Below, piece after piece: positions 27,802-37,347 of a stretch of 45,013 bases of DNA. The notes beneath the pieces were generated by a model. It worked only from the letters and a program-made list of their open reading frames with translations. It made no database searches and was not told the origin of the DNA. This stretch comes from an uncultured bacterium. GTDB taxonomy: Bacteria; Planctomycetota; SZUA-567; H5-PLA8; CALKMO01. Position 1 is the stretch's first letter. Each line of letters opens with the position of its first letter. The translations under genes and the position numbers were made by a program. The stretch is from NCBI GenBank assembly GCA_937991785.1, contig CALKMO010000208.1, positions 1-45,013 on the forward strand, given 5' to 3'.

Positions 27802-28790
27802 TGCGCACCCCCAGCCGCCGCGGCATTATTATTGAAAAAACGAGCGGGGGGAGCCTGAAGCGCCGGCCCGGCGTTGGACGGTGAGGGGTCTTTCCAAAGA
27901 AGGCCGCGCCCAGACATCCCCCCCGCTCCCCGCTTGTGTAAAACCCTGGGATCTTCCCAGACCACGTCGCGACGTATCCCGATCCGCGTGAGGACGAAAT
28001 CGTAGCGCACGGGATCGTCCGGCCGAATCCTGCGGAACGCGCCGGTTATCTCGACCGCGGCCCTGCCGTCAGCGGCGGCACGCTTCGTAAGCCCAAGCTC
28101 CGCCGCGATGCGGTGCATGTGCGTATCCACCGGCACGATCAACATCTCCGGGCCGATAGACGTCCATCCGCCCGGATCCACCTCGTCCCTACGCACCATC
28201 CACCTGAAGAACAAGTTCAGCCGCTTGCATGCGCTACCCGATTCGGGCGACGGAAGCAACCCTTCGTGCCAGCGCGCTCCGTAATCCTCCAGCCGCCGGA
28301 CGAAGGCCGACGCGGCGCCCAAGATATCCGCATCGCCCGCACGAAGGCCCGCCGCCAGGAACCGCTCAAGCGATCCGTGCTTCCGCATCGCGCGCCCGGC
28401 AGCGTACAGGAGCGCCGCGATATCGTCACCGGACGTAAAGCGATGCCTTACGCCTCGCAGTACGGAGCTCAGGCGCCGCAGGCTCGCCCGCGCCGCGAAT
28501 TCCGCCGGGGCGTCCCCGAGTCTGCCGAGCACATCCGAGGCGTTCCGCAATATCTGGGCGACGCGGCCGTAGGCGAGGGAAGAGGCGATGAGCCCGACGA
28601 TCTCCCTGTCGCGCAAATCCTTATACGCGTACAGAAACTGCAGAGGATCGGGCGCGACGTACTCGCGCCGGTTGTAGCGCGCGTACAGCCCTTCCAGCGA
28701 AGCGGCCAGATCGCCATCCGCCGACCTGCGGCTTATGCCCATAGCCGCGCGCTCCTCTGCGCGTTTCCTTTCGGCCGCCATCCCAGCCAT
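27798..28790 (-). CDS. TIGR02757 (DUF2400) family protein
   Basis: 'DPLQFLYAYKDLRDREIVGLIASSLAYGRVAQIL' and 'VPVDTHMHRIA', consistent with my recollection of TIGR02757. Its TGA overlaps the permease ATG (ATGA at 27798-27801). Confidence 0.65.
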   Translation of the reverse strand: MAGMAAERKRAEERAAMGISRRSADGDLAASLEGLYARYNRREYVAPDPLQFLYAYKDLRDREIVGLIASSLAYGRVAQILRNASDVLGRLGDAPAEFAARASLRRLSSVLRGVRHRFTSGDDIAALLYAAGRAMRKHGSLERFLAAGLRAGDADILGAASAFVRRLEDYGARWHEGLLPSPESGSACKRLNLFFRWMVRRDEVDPGGWTSIGPEMLIVPVDTHMHRIAAELGLTKRAAADGRAAVEITGAFRRIRPDDPVRYDFVLTRIGIRRDVVWEDPRVLHKRGAGGMSGRGLLWKDPSPSNAGPALQAPPARFFNNNAAAAGGAQ

Positions 28791-28861
28791 CGCGCAACCC
28801 CTCTCCTCGGACTTGGATGCGCCCCCGGTTCGCGCCGGGCGACAAGTCTCCGCTTAAGCCT

Positions 28862-29299
28862 CTATTCGCCCCGCCGCGCCTTACGCCTCTTCCTCCGGCA
28901 TTTACCGCACCAGCCGTCGAACTCGATCCTGTGCCCCGCGATCCTGTATCCGCTGGCCTTCTCCGCCTCGACCGCCAACCCTTCGGGGAGCGCCAACGGA
29001 ACGTCGCTTATCCGGCCGCAGCCCAGGCATCGGACGTGGCAGTGAGGCGACACGTTGCCGTCGTAGCGGCATTCGGCACCGGCATGTTCCAGCTTCAAAG
29101 CCAGCCCTTCCTCGGACATGATCTCAAGATTCCGGTACACGGTACCGAGGCTTATCCGGGGCAGCCGCTGCCGAACCATCTCGTAAAGCTCCAGGGCGGA
29201 AGGATGGGTGTCCACGCCCATCAATTCCTCGAGGATCGCCCGCCTCTGCGCCGTCATCCGCTCGATCCCCCTCCGCCCGTCCGCTCCGCCGCTCCCCAT
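28862..29299 (-). CDS. perR: Fur-family transcriptional regulator, PerR-like
   Basis: 'AQRRAILEEL', 'HPSALELYEMV', 'ISLGTVYRNLEIM', 'HCHVRCLGCGRI' and 'CGKC'. I moved the start to ATG 29299 because an AGGAGG lies 9 nt upstream and a Fur-box occupies the first codons of the longer track ORF. Confidence 0.85.
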   Translation of the reverse strand: MGSGGADGRRGIERMTAQRRAILEELMGVDTHPSALELYEMVRQRLPRISLGTVYRNLEIMSEEGLALKLEHAGAECRYDGNVSPHCHVRCLGCGRISDVPLALPEGLAVEAEKASGYRIAGHRIEFDGWCGKCRRKRRKARRGE

Positions 29300-29315
29300 T
29301 TCCGGGAACCTCCTA

Positions 29316-29359
29316 TTAGTAACCATTATCATTACTAACATATTCCCGCCTTAGGTCAA
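29316..29359 (-). promoter_or_regulatory. putative autoregulated promoter: -35 TTGACC, with a Fur/PerR-box-like inverted repeat over the -10 region
   Basis: The minus strand reads TTGACC-N15-TTAGTAATGATAATGGTTACTAA-T-AGGAGG-N9-ATG. TTAGTAA(N9)TTACTAA is a perfect 7-bp inverted repeat (29316-29322 and 29332-29338). The core AATGATAATGGTTA matches 12/14 of the classical Fur-box segment AATGATAATCATTA. Confidence 0.55.
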
Positions 29360-29362
29360 GAG

Positions 29363-29388
29363 AAAAAATCCGCGCCCCGCGTTTTTTT
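29363..29388. terminator. weak bidirectional terminator-like element (A6-CGCG-CCC-CGCG-T7)
   Basis: The sequence is aaaaaatcCGCGcccCGCGttttttt. The stem has only 4 GC pairs but is flanked by complementary A- and T-tracts. It lies between the 846-aa gene and the perR promoter. Confidence 0.3.
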
Positions 29389-29697
29389 ACGAGCCGCCGC
29401 GTCCGCCTCTTAAATTCGGCGTGGCGTTCGGCAACCTGCGCGCAGCAAACTCGCAGCGCGAGTAGGCCCGGCCTCGGCGGAGAACTTGGCGCTTTATGGA
29501 GAACAGACCCCGCCGCGATACGTTAAGGTGCGCAGGACGAGCAGACGCTCCGCGCGGCGGCTTCGGCCGGGAAGAGCGGGCTTCCGTGCAGCGATTCCCA
29601 TCGCACCCGTTCAATCGCAGGCCTTGGCAGCATCGTTCCAGGCCGGGCGCGGCGCCGCAGACGGGAAACTTCTACGGCGCGTCCCGGCGCGCGGATC

Positions 29698-32238
29698 CTA
29701 CTTCGCCGGAGGCTTGGACTTCCACCAGGCCCACTGGAGGATGTGGCCGGCTCGAAGCGCCATCGCCGATGTTCGGCTCCAGGTGCTGTTGTCGGGCAGC
29801 CATACGGGAGGGCACTTGGATTCAGGAAAGCTCTGCGCAAACAGGTCGGCCGCCGTCGCGAGATACTCGGCGATGCCGATCCTGGCCCCCACGTAGGCAA
29901 ACAGGTCGGCCAGGAAAAGCGGGGCCTCGAAGAAACTGTCCGGGAAAGGCTTCGCGCAGCCGTCCGACAGAAGCTTGAACACCTTCTCGTCGCCGGTATG
30001 CCTGTGCAGCTCGCACAGAGAGGCTATGGCGTAACAGTAGTTCATGTCCTCCTTCTGGTAGTCCTGGCCTCGTATCTGGTCGTTCGGGTTATGCAGGTGC
30101 GGGCCGTGGACCTTCCAGATCGCGGAGATGTTGGTATTGAAAAGGTTGAGGGCATCGTCGAGCCACTTCCTGTCGGCGGTAAGATCGTACAGGGCGCACC
30201 AGGACGCCACGGCCCATGCGTTGGCCGCTACGTTTCCCTGGGGGCCTCCCCACGGCTTAGTTTTGGCGATGTGCTCCCATCCGGCCCTGAGCCCCTCGCC
30301 GTTCCGCAGGCAGCATTCCATCGCCTTCGGCTCCCCGGTAAGCATGTAGTAGAGCGCCACGCCGGCAATCCAGTTGGTCGAGACTCCCGGATACCGGTAG
30401 AGGCGATAACAATGGAAGGACGGAAAGTTATAGTCGCCGCGCTGAAGCCCGCGGGTCTCCGGTGGATCCCTGTCGGACCAGTTCTGGTCAACGTCTATGC
30501 GATGCCGCGCCATAGCCGTGCCGATCCGCAGAAAGGCCGGATCGCCGAACCTCATGGCGTTGATAAGCATTATCCACGTCCAATCGTAATGCAGGCACAC
30601 GGGGCCCCTGCCTGGGACCGGAAGGTCGCCGTAGTCCATCCAGCCGAACCAGTACGTCGAGTCAGAAACGTAACTGACTATGGATTCCGACGGCGTCTCG
30701 ACAGCCTTGGGCAACCCGCTCGGCGAAGCGGGATCGGCGGCGCTGCGGGCCATCCGGCACCAGGCCGACAGCTTGGCGTTGCAGTCCTTGTCGGCGGTTC
30801 GAACCTCCGGCGGGGCGAACAGACCCGGCGCCGCCTCCGTCGAGGCGTAATATTCCGCGGAGGCCAGCGCCGCCGCAGGGGCGGAAAGCTCCGCCCACGT
30901 CTCCTTCCCGTCCCTGCCCGAGAAATCCAGAATGAATTCGTATCCCTTGTGCACGCCCCCGGGCAGGAAGTACAAGCCGTCCTTCGGTAGATTCTGCAGC
31001 GTCCTGTCGAACAACCCGCCGCCCTTCAGGTCCGGCCTGGCCCTCGGCCACTGTCCTTCCCTCGGCCACAGCCACAGGCGAAGCGTCCCGCCGTCAAGCT
31101 CGATCGCCTTCTCATAGTTCTGCCAGAAGTCGCGAACTGCCGCCGTCAGCGTTCCGCCATCCCCCTTCAGCGCTACGACGCCCTCCGTCCGTTCGCCCCT
31201 TTTCAGCTCTTTGCCATCCGCGGATATCACGTACTCGAAGTCCTTCCATGTATAGAACGGTCCTTTCTTGTACTGAACCTTCTCCTGCCCCCTAGCCATG
31301 TGGCAGAACTGGTAAACCTTGAACGATCCCGTGCCTTCCGCTCCCTCGCATGTGGCCGCGACCTTGCCGCCGAGATCCGGCGCGAGCTCTACCGCCATGC
31401 CGTCGAACGCGAACCACTCGATGTTCGGCGATGTGCCGCCTTCGTCCTTAGCCGCGTAATAGCCCATCGCGCCGTGGTTCTCCAGCCATAGATGGATCTT
31501 CACGAACCTGCGGCCGGCGAAGGCGCTTATCCGCGCGGTATATCCCAGAAGATCTTTGTGGACGCCGGGGAATTTCCCCCTGGCGAGGACGGTGGCGCGC
31601 ATGGGTCCGGCCTGCTCCACCCTTAACTCTTCCGGAGGCCCCGCCACGGCCTCTCCGCCGTCCTCCTTCCAGAGCACCAGACCCCTGCCGGATGGGGCGA
31701 GTTTTTCTTTGCCGTCAACCTTCAGAGATGCGAAGAGCCCGGGCTTCCCGCCGCCGATCGCAAACTCCATAGGCCCGCTCGATACCTTGGCTCCGCCGGC
31801 CCCCGCGGTCTCGACCCTGACCGGCGATGGAGGCGGGGGATTGCCCCCCGAATCCGATACGACCAGTTCGGCCCTGCCGCCTGCAGGGATGTCGAGCTGC
31901 GCGTCCATCAGCGCCCAGCGCGCCGACCCGTCGTCCCAGGAGACCGTTTTTACGAACTGCGCGGGTATCGTTTTCCCGCCGAGCCTTGCGGCCAGCCTGG
32001 AGACGTCCTTCACAGCGCCCTTTGGGAACGGCACGCCCATCGTGACGACCGCGGGCGACCGCGCTACCTTCTCGGTCTCGACGACGGAGAGCCGCGTCTC
32101 GAAAGCTCCGGCTGCCGCGGAGGCCAGGAACGCCGCCGCCGCGATAATTGCAGCGACCGTCGCCGCCGATGTCGCCGGTGCTGCCGAAGCGGCTGCCGAA
32201 TCCACGGAAAATCCCTTGGACCGCAACGGGATATGCAT
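29698..32238 (-). CDS. large secreted protein, possibly a YetA/PcRGLX-like (RIFT-barrel + alpha/alpha-toroid) polysaccharide lyase/hydrolase-like enzyme
   Basis: 846-aa ORF with an Ala-rich hydrophobic leader. The N-terminal 'VVTMGVPFPKGAV...GKTIPAQFVKTVSWDDGSARWALMDAQL' resembles the N-terminal barrel of YetA-type proteins. The family assignment is from memory only. Confidence 0.45.
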   Translation of the reverse strand: MHIPLRSKGFSVDSAAASAAPATSAATVAAIIAAAAFLASAAAGAFETRLSVVETEKVARSPAVVTMGVPFPKGAVKDVSRLAARLGGKTIPAQFVKTVSWDDGSARWALMDAQLDIPAGGRAELVVSDSGGNPPPPSPVRVETAGAGGAKVSSGPMEFAIGGGKPGLFASLKVDGKEKLAPSGRGLVLWKEDGGEAVAGPPEELRVEQAGPMRATVLARGKFPGVHKDLLGYTARISAFAGRRFVKIHLWLENHGAMGYYAAKDEGGTSPNIEWFAFDGMAVELAPDLGGKVAATCEGAEGTGSFKVYQFCHMARGQEKVQYKKGPFYTWKDFEYVISADGKELKRGERTEGVVALKGDGGTLTAAVRDFWQNYEKAIELDGGTLRLWLWPREGQWPRARPDLKGGGLFDRTLQNLPKDGLYFLPGGVHKGYEFILDFSGRDGKETWAELSAPAAALASAEYYASTEAAPGLFAPPEVRTADKDCNAKLSAWCRMARSAADPASPSGLPKAVETPSESIVSYVSDSTYWFGWMDYGDLPVPGRGPVCLHYDWTWIMLINAMRFGDPAFLRIGTAMARHRIDVDQNWSDRDPPETRGLQRGDYNFPSFHCYRLYRYPGVSTNWIAGVALYYMLTGEPKAMECCLRNGEGLRAGWEHIAKTKPWGGPQGNVAANAWAVASWCALYDLTADRKWLDDALNLFNTNISAIWKVHGPHLHNPNDQIRGQDYQKEDMNYCYAIASLCELHRHTGDEKVFKLLSDGCAKPFPDSFFEAPLFLADLFAYVGARIGIAEYLATAADLFAQSFPESKCPPVWLPDNSTWSRTSAMALRAGHILQWAWWKSKPPAK

Positions 32239-32291
32239 CGAAAGTTCTCCGAATCCTGCCGCTTCCGCGGCACCCCAAACCCAGCGTCCGC

Positions 32292-35045
32292 CTATTTCTT
32301 CTTTTCTTCCGGCTTCAGGTTGGGGTTTGGGGCCTTGCCGCCGTATTTGCGCGCGACCTCAGCCGCCAGCCCGAACAGCAACTCGCTCCTCTCGCACCAG
32401 CCCGAGCTTATGTACCACGACTCGCCCTCGCCGTCCGAATGCAGGCACATGCGGATGCGCTCGTCCAGGACGGCCCGGCATCTGGCCATAAGTTCCTCGC
32501 CCAGGATATTCTTCGCCTCGTCGTCCAGCAGGGCCTTCTCGATGTATATGCGGGCTTCCACCTCCTGCAGGCTTTCCCTGAACGCCTCCGACCGGACCGT
32601 CGGCACCGCGCCCTTTTTGCCACGACCGAGTATGTATGGGATACAGAAGTTCAAATTGAGCTGGCCCCACGCGGCCTCAGGATAGCGGCCGGCCAGGCTG
32701 CCGCGGATCCGCCCGCGCTCGTCCTTCAGCACCGGCCAGAAGTCGGCGCCGATTCTGCCCAGACCGCGGGGGCCGAAGCCCTTGGAAACGAACGCGGTGT
32801 ACCCCCGCTTGGCACCCATCCACTTCTCGAGCTTGACCCTGTGCTCCACGAGCGTTGACTGAAGCTTCATCTCCCGCGGGTAGTACGACAGCCACATCGG
32901 ATTCGACCACCCGAAAGAATAGCCCTCTTTCGGGTCCATCGGCGTTACGCCTATTCCCCAAAGGGCTATGCCCATACCGATTTCGTACCCGTGCCATCGG
33001 TCGCAGTAGTAATGCGAATGGACCGCCCACTTCGCTCCGGGCACAGCGTTGGATATATCGTCCATCGCCTGCTTGGTCGGCCGCGCGTCCCCTATCAGGC
33101 CGAACAGCATGGAATTTTCAATCCCGCGCTTCTTAAGCACCTCGTGCATGCCGTCGCTCAGCTTTTTCCAGAACGCCTTGCTCTCGGGCGTCCCCCAAGC
33201 CGGCCCGACCCTCGGCGCCACCCTACCGGTCTTCGGATCCCAAAGCGTGTAGAGTATCGGTTTGTCGTACGTCCGCCCTGCCGTCCCGGCCCCGCCAGCG
33301 TGCCCCTGGCTCTCGGGCGGTTCCCAACAGTAAAGGATCACGCCGGGTACTGGCCCCAACCGCTTGATCGCCGTATCCAGATACTTCTCCACGATGGAGA
33401 AATCCGGATGCAGTTCCTCATCCTCTCCGCGCACCCACCGAACAATGGCATGCTCGTTACCGAGATGCGTCCTGCGTATGCAGGTAATGAATATCGTCTT
33501 GGTCGCCAGTTGCGAGAGCAGTGAGAACGTCCTATCCAGCAGCTTGAGGTGTTCCTCCGACCACAACGGAACCTCGTACGCCATCGCCACCGACTCGGGC
33601 GACTGGATCAGGTCCATGCACGACGTGAACTTCGATGCCGGCGGGAGCTTCCAGTCGAGTACGCGCAGCGCCAAGCCGACCGTCACCGGTTTTACGCCTT
33701 CCGCCTCCACTGCGACGGTTCCGGAATAATCGCCGGCCGCCGCGTCGGGCGGAACGGAGACCGATAGCCATACCGGCTGGAGCGATCCGCCGTGCTCTTT
33801 ATAGATAGGGACCTCCTCCGGCGAATCGTCCTCGAGAGAATCGAAGAAGCGACTCTGCCCCTGGCCGGCCACGCCATCCGGCACAGCGTAGCGTATCGTG
33901 ACGGCCGAGGCCGGGATCGTGCCGGGGCCTTTGAGTTCGGAGACGCGGATCTTCAAGCTCTTTATCGGTTTCTCGTCCCCGACGATTATCTGCCCGGCGA
34001 ATGTGCCGTTGCGCACGCCGGTTATCCGCACCGGGCTGAGCGGCGCGAAGGAATCCGGATAGTCGGGCAGGAAGACCGACTGGATTATACTCTGATTCCA
34101 CACTTTGAATCCGCGGCCCTGAAGGGCCCTGGTGTTAGGGACGACGCCCCCGCCGGACGCCAGCTTCGCCTCCAGAAGCCCGACCTTGGCCCAATGGCAA
34201 TCCTGGTGGAAATCGCCGCAGCCCTTGGGGCGGCTGGCATACACCCTGGCGAGCGTCGGGGCGCGGCAAATGGCTATCGCCAGGACATTGACACCTTTCC
34301 GGAGCTTCCCCTGGGGAAGCTTCAGGCTGTCCAGCCGTCGGACGCGCTTCTCCAGTCGGGCCTTCTCATCGTCGCTCTTCGGATAACGGAACATCGCGAA
34401 CCCTTCAGGCCCGAAGTACGCTTCCTCCGGATACGGCTCGGCCGGCGTGTAAATCCCGACCTCCTCCTTCGGCATGTACGCCCGTCCGACCTCCGAACCG
34501 TTCAGGTAGACGATAGCTCCTCCGCGGAATGCGAGCGAGAGGATCAATTCGCCGGCCTTCTCCGGATCCGGCACTTCGAACAGTCCGCGCATCAGAACGG
34601 CCTTCCAGTTCTCGTTCGTAGACCTGTCCAGGACCGGACCGCGAAGGCGCGCCCAGGCGCTGTCGTCGAAGTCAAGCTTCATCCAGTCCGCCGGCGTATC
34701 TGCCGGCAGGCGGACCGCCGGAACGTCCTCGATCTTGTATTTATCTTCCGGCAGCTGCCCCTTGCCTGAATTCTTCTGGAACCAAGCCCCCGCATCCCTG
34801 GCCAGGCGCACCGTCGCGTGACGGACTTCCCCGGACGGCAGCACCACCTCCGGCGTCTCCCATATGGTTCGAAAGCGCCAGAAGCTCTTCGTGTCGAGTA
34901 TCGTCTCGCCGCCGGACTGTCCCGCCGCCGGCTGCCATTCCTCCCCGGGCGCGCGAACCGTCGCGGCCGCTACGAACGCAGCAACAGGGAAAATCGCGCA
35001 TTTCCAGTCCAAGGCGCCATCTCCTTTTTTCCGACAGTCGAACAA
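32292..35045 (-). CDS. large secreted glycoside-hydrolase-like protein (family unresolved; possibly DUF4091/GH123-type)
   Basis: 917-aa ORF with a signal-like 'CAIFPVAAFVAAATVRAPG'. It is Trp/Tyr-rich, as carbohydrate-active enzymes typically are. Coding status is solid; the product is a guess. Confidence 0.45.
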   Translation of the reverse strand: MFDCRKKGDGALDWKCAIFPVAAFVAAATVRAPGEEWQPAAGQSGGETILDTKSFWRFRTIWETPEVVLPSGEVRHATVRLARDAGAWFQKNSGKGQLPEDKYKIEDVPAVRLPADTPADWMKLDFDDSAWARLRGPVLDRSTNENWKAVLMRGLFEVPDPEKAGELILSLAFRGGAIVYLNGSEVGRAYMPKEEVGIYTPAEPYPEEAYFGPEGFAMFRYPKSDDEKARLEKRVRRLDSLKLPQGKLRKGVNVLAIAICRAPTLARVYASRPKGCGDFHQDCHWAKVGLLEAKLASGGGVVPNTRALQGRGFKVWNQSIIQSVFLPDYPDSFAPLSPVRITGVRNGTFAGQIIVGDEKPIKSLKIRVSELKGPGTIPASAVTIRYAVPDGVAGQGQSRFFDSLEDDSPEEVPIYKEHGGSLQPVWLSVSVPPDAAAGDYSGTVAVEAEGVKPVTVGLALRVLDWKLPPASKFTSCMDLIQSPESVAMAYEVPLWSEEHLKLLDRTFSLLSQLATKTIFITCIRRTHLGNEHAIVRWVRGEDEELHPDFSIVEKYLDTAIKRLGPVPGVILYCWEPPESQGHAGGAGTAGRTYDKPILYTLWDPKTGRVAPRVGPAWGTPESKAFWKKLSDGMHEVLKKRGIENSMLFGLIGDARPTKQAMDDISNAVPGAKWAVHSHYYCDRWHGYEIGMGIALWGIGVTPMDPKEGYSFGWSNPMWLSYYPREMKLQSTLVEHRVKLEKWMGAKRGYTAFVSKGFGPRGLGRIGADFWPVLKDERGRIRGSLAGRYPEAAWGQLNLNFCIPYILGRGKKGAVPTVRSEAFRESLQEVEARIYIEKALLDDEAKNILGEELMARCRAVLDERIRMCLHSDGEGESWYISSGWCERSELLFGLAAEVARKYGGKAPNPNLKPEEKKK

Positions 35046-35232
35046 GGGATGCTTCCCCGGGCGGGCTAACCGAGCGCCATCCCGGCGATCTGCAAATTAA
35101 CCTAACATATACACCGGAACCGTTTCTCTGAACAGGCGGCTTCCCGCACCTTACCTTTTCGCGGGCCGATCGTATCCGCGCGCATGCCGCGGAATCGGCA
35201 GGGGCATGATGCCTGCGCCCACCCGGCGCCGT

Positions 35233-37347
35233 TCAACCGTCAAGCACCTCGCGCACCGCCGACGCCAGGCTGTAGGCTGAAAACGGTTTCTGTAGCAGGC
35301 GCATGCCCTTTTCTATTTGACCGTCGCGGAAGAGCACGTCTGCCGAGTACCCGGACATGTACAGCACCTTGATGCCGGGCACGATCCGCGCGATTTTTCC
35401 CATGAGTTCCCTGCCATCCATGCCGGGCATGATAATATCTGTAAGCAGAAGATGGATCTGCCCGACGTGGCCGGAGACGATCGCGAGGGCCTCTTCGGGC
35501 GACCGTGCGGCGAGCACGGCGTACCCGAGGCCGGCGAGGATGCTTTCGCCAAGCTTCAATATCGCATCCTCGTCCTCGACGAGCAGTACGGTTTCGCCGC
35601 CTCCGCGGGGAATGGGGAGAGCTTCTTCCGGACGCTTCCCATCTTCCCCGCCGCCTGCCGCCTCCCCTCTGAACCGCGGGAGATAGACCTTGACGCTCGT
35701 ACCCCTTCCCGGCTCGCTGTAAACGTTGATCGTCCCGCCGTTCTGCTTCACGACGCCGTAGACTATCGCCAACCCAAGCCCCGTTCCCTTCCCGGGCGCC
35801 TTGGTCGAGTAGAAAGGTTCGAAAAGATGCTCCATCGCCTCCTTGCTCATACCTCTGCCGTCGTCGCTTACCGAAAGGACGACGTATTCGCCCGGCGCGG
35901 CGTCCGGATGCGCAGCGCAATAGGCTTCATCCAGCGCGGCGTTCGAAGATGCCACGGCTATAGTGCCGCCGCCGGTTATCGCGTCCCTGGCGTTTATAAG
36001 AAGGTTGGCCAATATCTGATCCACGTGCGCAGGGTCTATCCTGACCTTGCCTGCTTCCGACCCCGGGGTCCAGGACAGGCGGATGTTCTCTCCGATAAGC
36101 CTTCTGAACATCCGGATCCCTTCGCCCACGGCCGCGTTCAGGTCGAGCACCCTGGGATTGGCCGGCTGTCTGCGGGCGAAAGCAAGCAGCTGGCGCGTCA
36201 GATCCGCCGAACGTTCGCAAGCCTTCAATATCTCGGCCAGCCTCGCCCGGCATGGATGGTCCTCTCTCAGCTCGGCCGCGGCCATCTCGGCGTTGCCCAT
36301 AATGATCGTCAGCATGTTGTTGAAATCGTGCGCAACCCCGCCGGCCAGCCTCCCGATCGCCTCCAGTTTGGCCGCCTGCCGCAGCCTCGCGTCCAGCTTC
36401 TCCCGCTCAGCCTCGGCCCTCTTCCGCTCGGATATATTCCGCACGATCGCCTGCAGCATCATCTCGCCGCCGATCTCGATCCGGTTCAGGCTGACCTCCG
36501 CGGGGAACGGCGTCCCGTCAAGTCTGCTGTGCTCCCATTCGAAAAACTGCGGCTGACCTTCCAGTGCCAACCGTATCTTCTCCAGAGCCTTCTCTTCCGA
36601 CGGTCGCCCGTCAGGCTGCGTAGGCGGAGAGAAGCGGTACGGGGGCGCGCCGATTATTTCTTCCCGCGAGGCTCCGAACATTTCCAGCGTCTTGGCGTTG
36701 CAGTCCACAAACCGATCCGCTTTCATCAGCATTATCGCGTCGTTGGCCGTTTCAAAAAGCAGGCGGTATTTGGCCTTGCTTTCGCCCAACGCCCGCCGGT
36801 CATGCTCCATGCGTTCGCCGGCGGCTGTCAAGAGTTGCGCGCCCGATGCAAGGGCCTTCGTGCGAGCGGAGACCTGACGCCTCAAGATGAAGCACCACAA
36901 AAGAGCGGAAATAAGCGCAGCCGCGCAGACGATGGTCCCCGCCTTCCACCAGGGCGGCCGTGCCGGCTCTCTCTCTTCGGAAGTCCATTTCTTCAGGGAC
37001 CGATGGTAGATCGAATCCGGAGCTTTCTTGATGTCGGCCAGATGCCTGTCTATGGCGGCCAGCAGATGCGCCCTGCCACGCTTCGGAGCGGCGAAAAACA
37101 GCCGCGTAGGGTATAAGATCGCAGCGGCTTCCTCGAGCCCGGCCCCGCGCGCCCGAGCCGCGCCGAAGAATCGGTTGAGCGCCGCCGCGTCGGCCTCGCC
37201 GCGCATCGCCGCATCGAGAACCGAGCGGTAATCCGGCAACACAACCAGCTTCGGCCGCTCGCCGGGGTCGAAAAACGAACCGCCGAGGACCTCTTCTTGT
37301 ATCGAACCTTCCAGGACCGCAATGCGTTTCCCGCCAAGGTCCCTCAA
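35233..37347 (-). CDS. hybrid sensor histidine kinase/response regulator (C-lobe of SBP_bac_3 sensor, TM, PAS, HisKA, HATPase_c, REC); 5' part displaced by a frameshift
   Basis: '[17 protein letters not shown]' is the second lobe of a family-3 solute-binding domain. A TM segment '[17 protein letters not shown]' and a PAS domain follow. H-box '[13 protein letters not shown]', 'GTGLGL', and REC 'LLVEDEDA...[13 protein letters not shown]'. The annotated start is a TTG at 37347. Confidence 0.85.
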   Translation of the reverse strand: MRDLGGKRIAVLEGSIQEEVLGGSFFDPGERPKLVVLPDYRSVLDAAMRGEADAAALNRFFGAARARGAGLEEAAAILYPTRLFFAAPKRGRAHLLAAIDRHLADIKKAPDSIYHRSLKKWTSEEREPARPPWWKAGTIVCAAALISALLWCFILRRQVSARTKALASGAQLLTAAGERMEHDRRALGESKAKYRLLFETANDAIMLMKADRFVDCNAKTLEMFGASREEIIGAPPYRFSPPTQPDGRPSEEKALEKIRLALEGQPQFFEWEHSRLDGTPFPAEVSLNRIEIGGEMMLQAIVRNISERKRAEAEREKLDARLRQAAKLEAIGRLAGGVAHDFNNMLTIIMGNAEMAAAELREDHPCRARLAEILKACERSADLTRQLLAFARRQPANPRVLDLNAAVGEGIRMFRRLIGENIRLSWTPGSEAGKVRIDPAHVDQILANLLINARDAITGGGTIAVASSNAALDEAYCAAHPDAAPGEYVVLSVSDDGRGMSKEAMEHLFEPFYSTKAPGKGTGLGLAIVYGVVKQNGGTINVYSEPGRGTSVKVYLPRFRGEAAGGGEDGKRPEEALPIPRGGGETVLLVEDEDAILKLGESILAGLGYAVLAARSPEEALAIVSGHVGQIHLLLTDIIMPGMDGRELMGKIARIVPGIKVLYMSGYSADVLFRDGQIEKGMRLLQKPFSAYSLASAVREVLDG

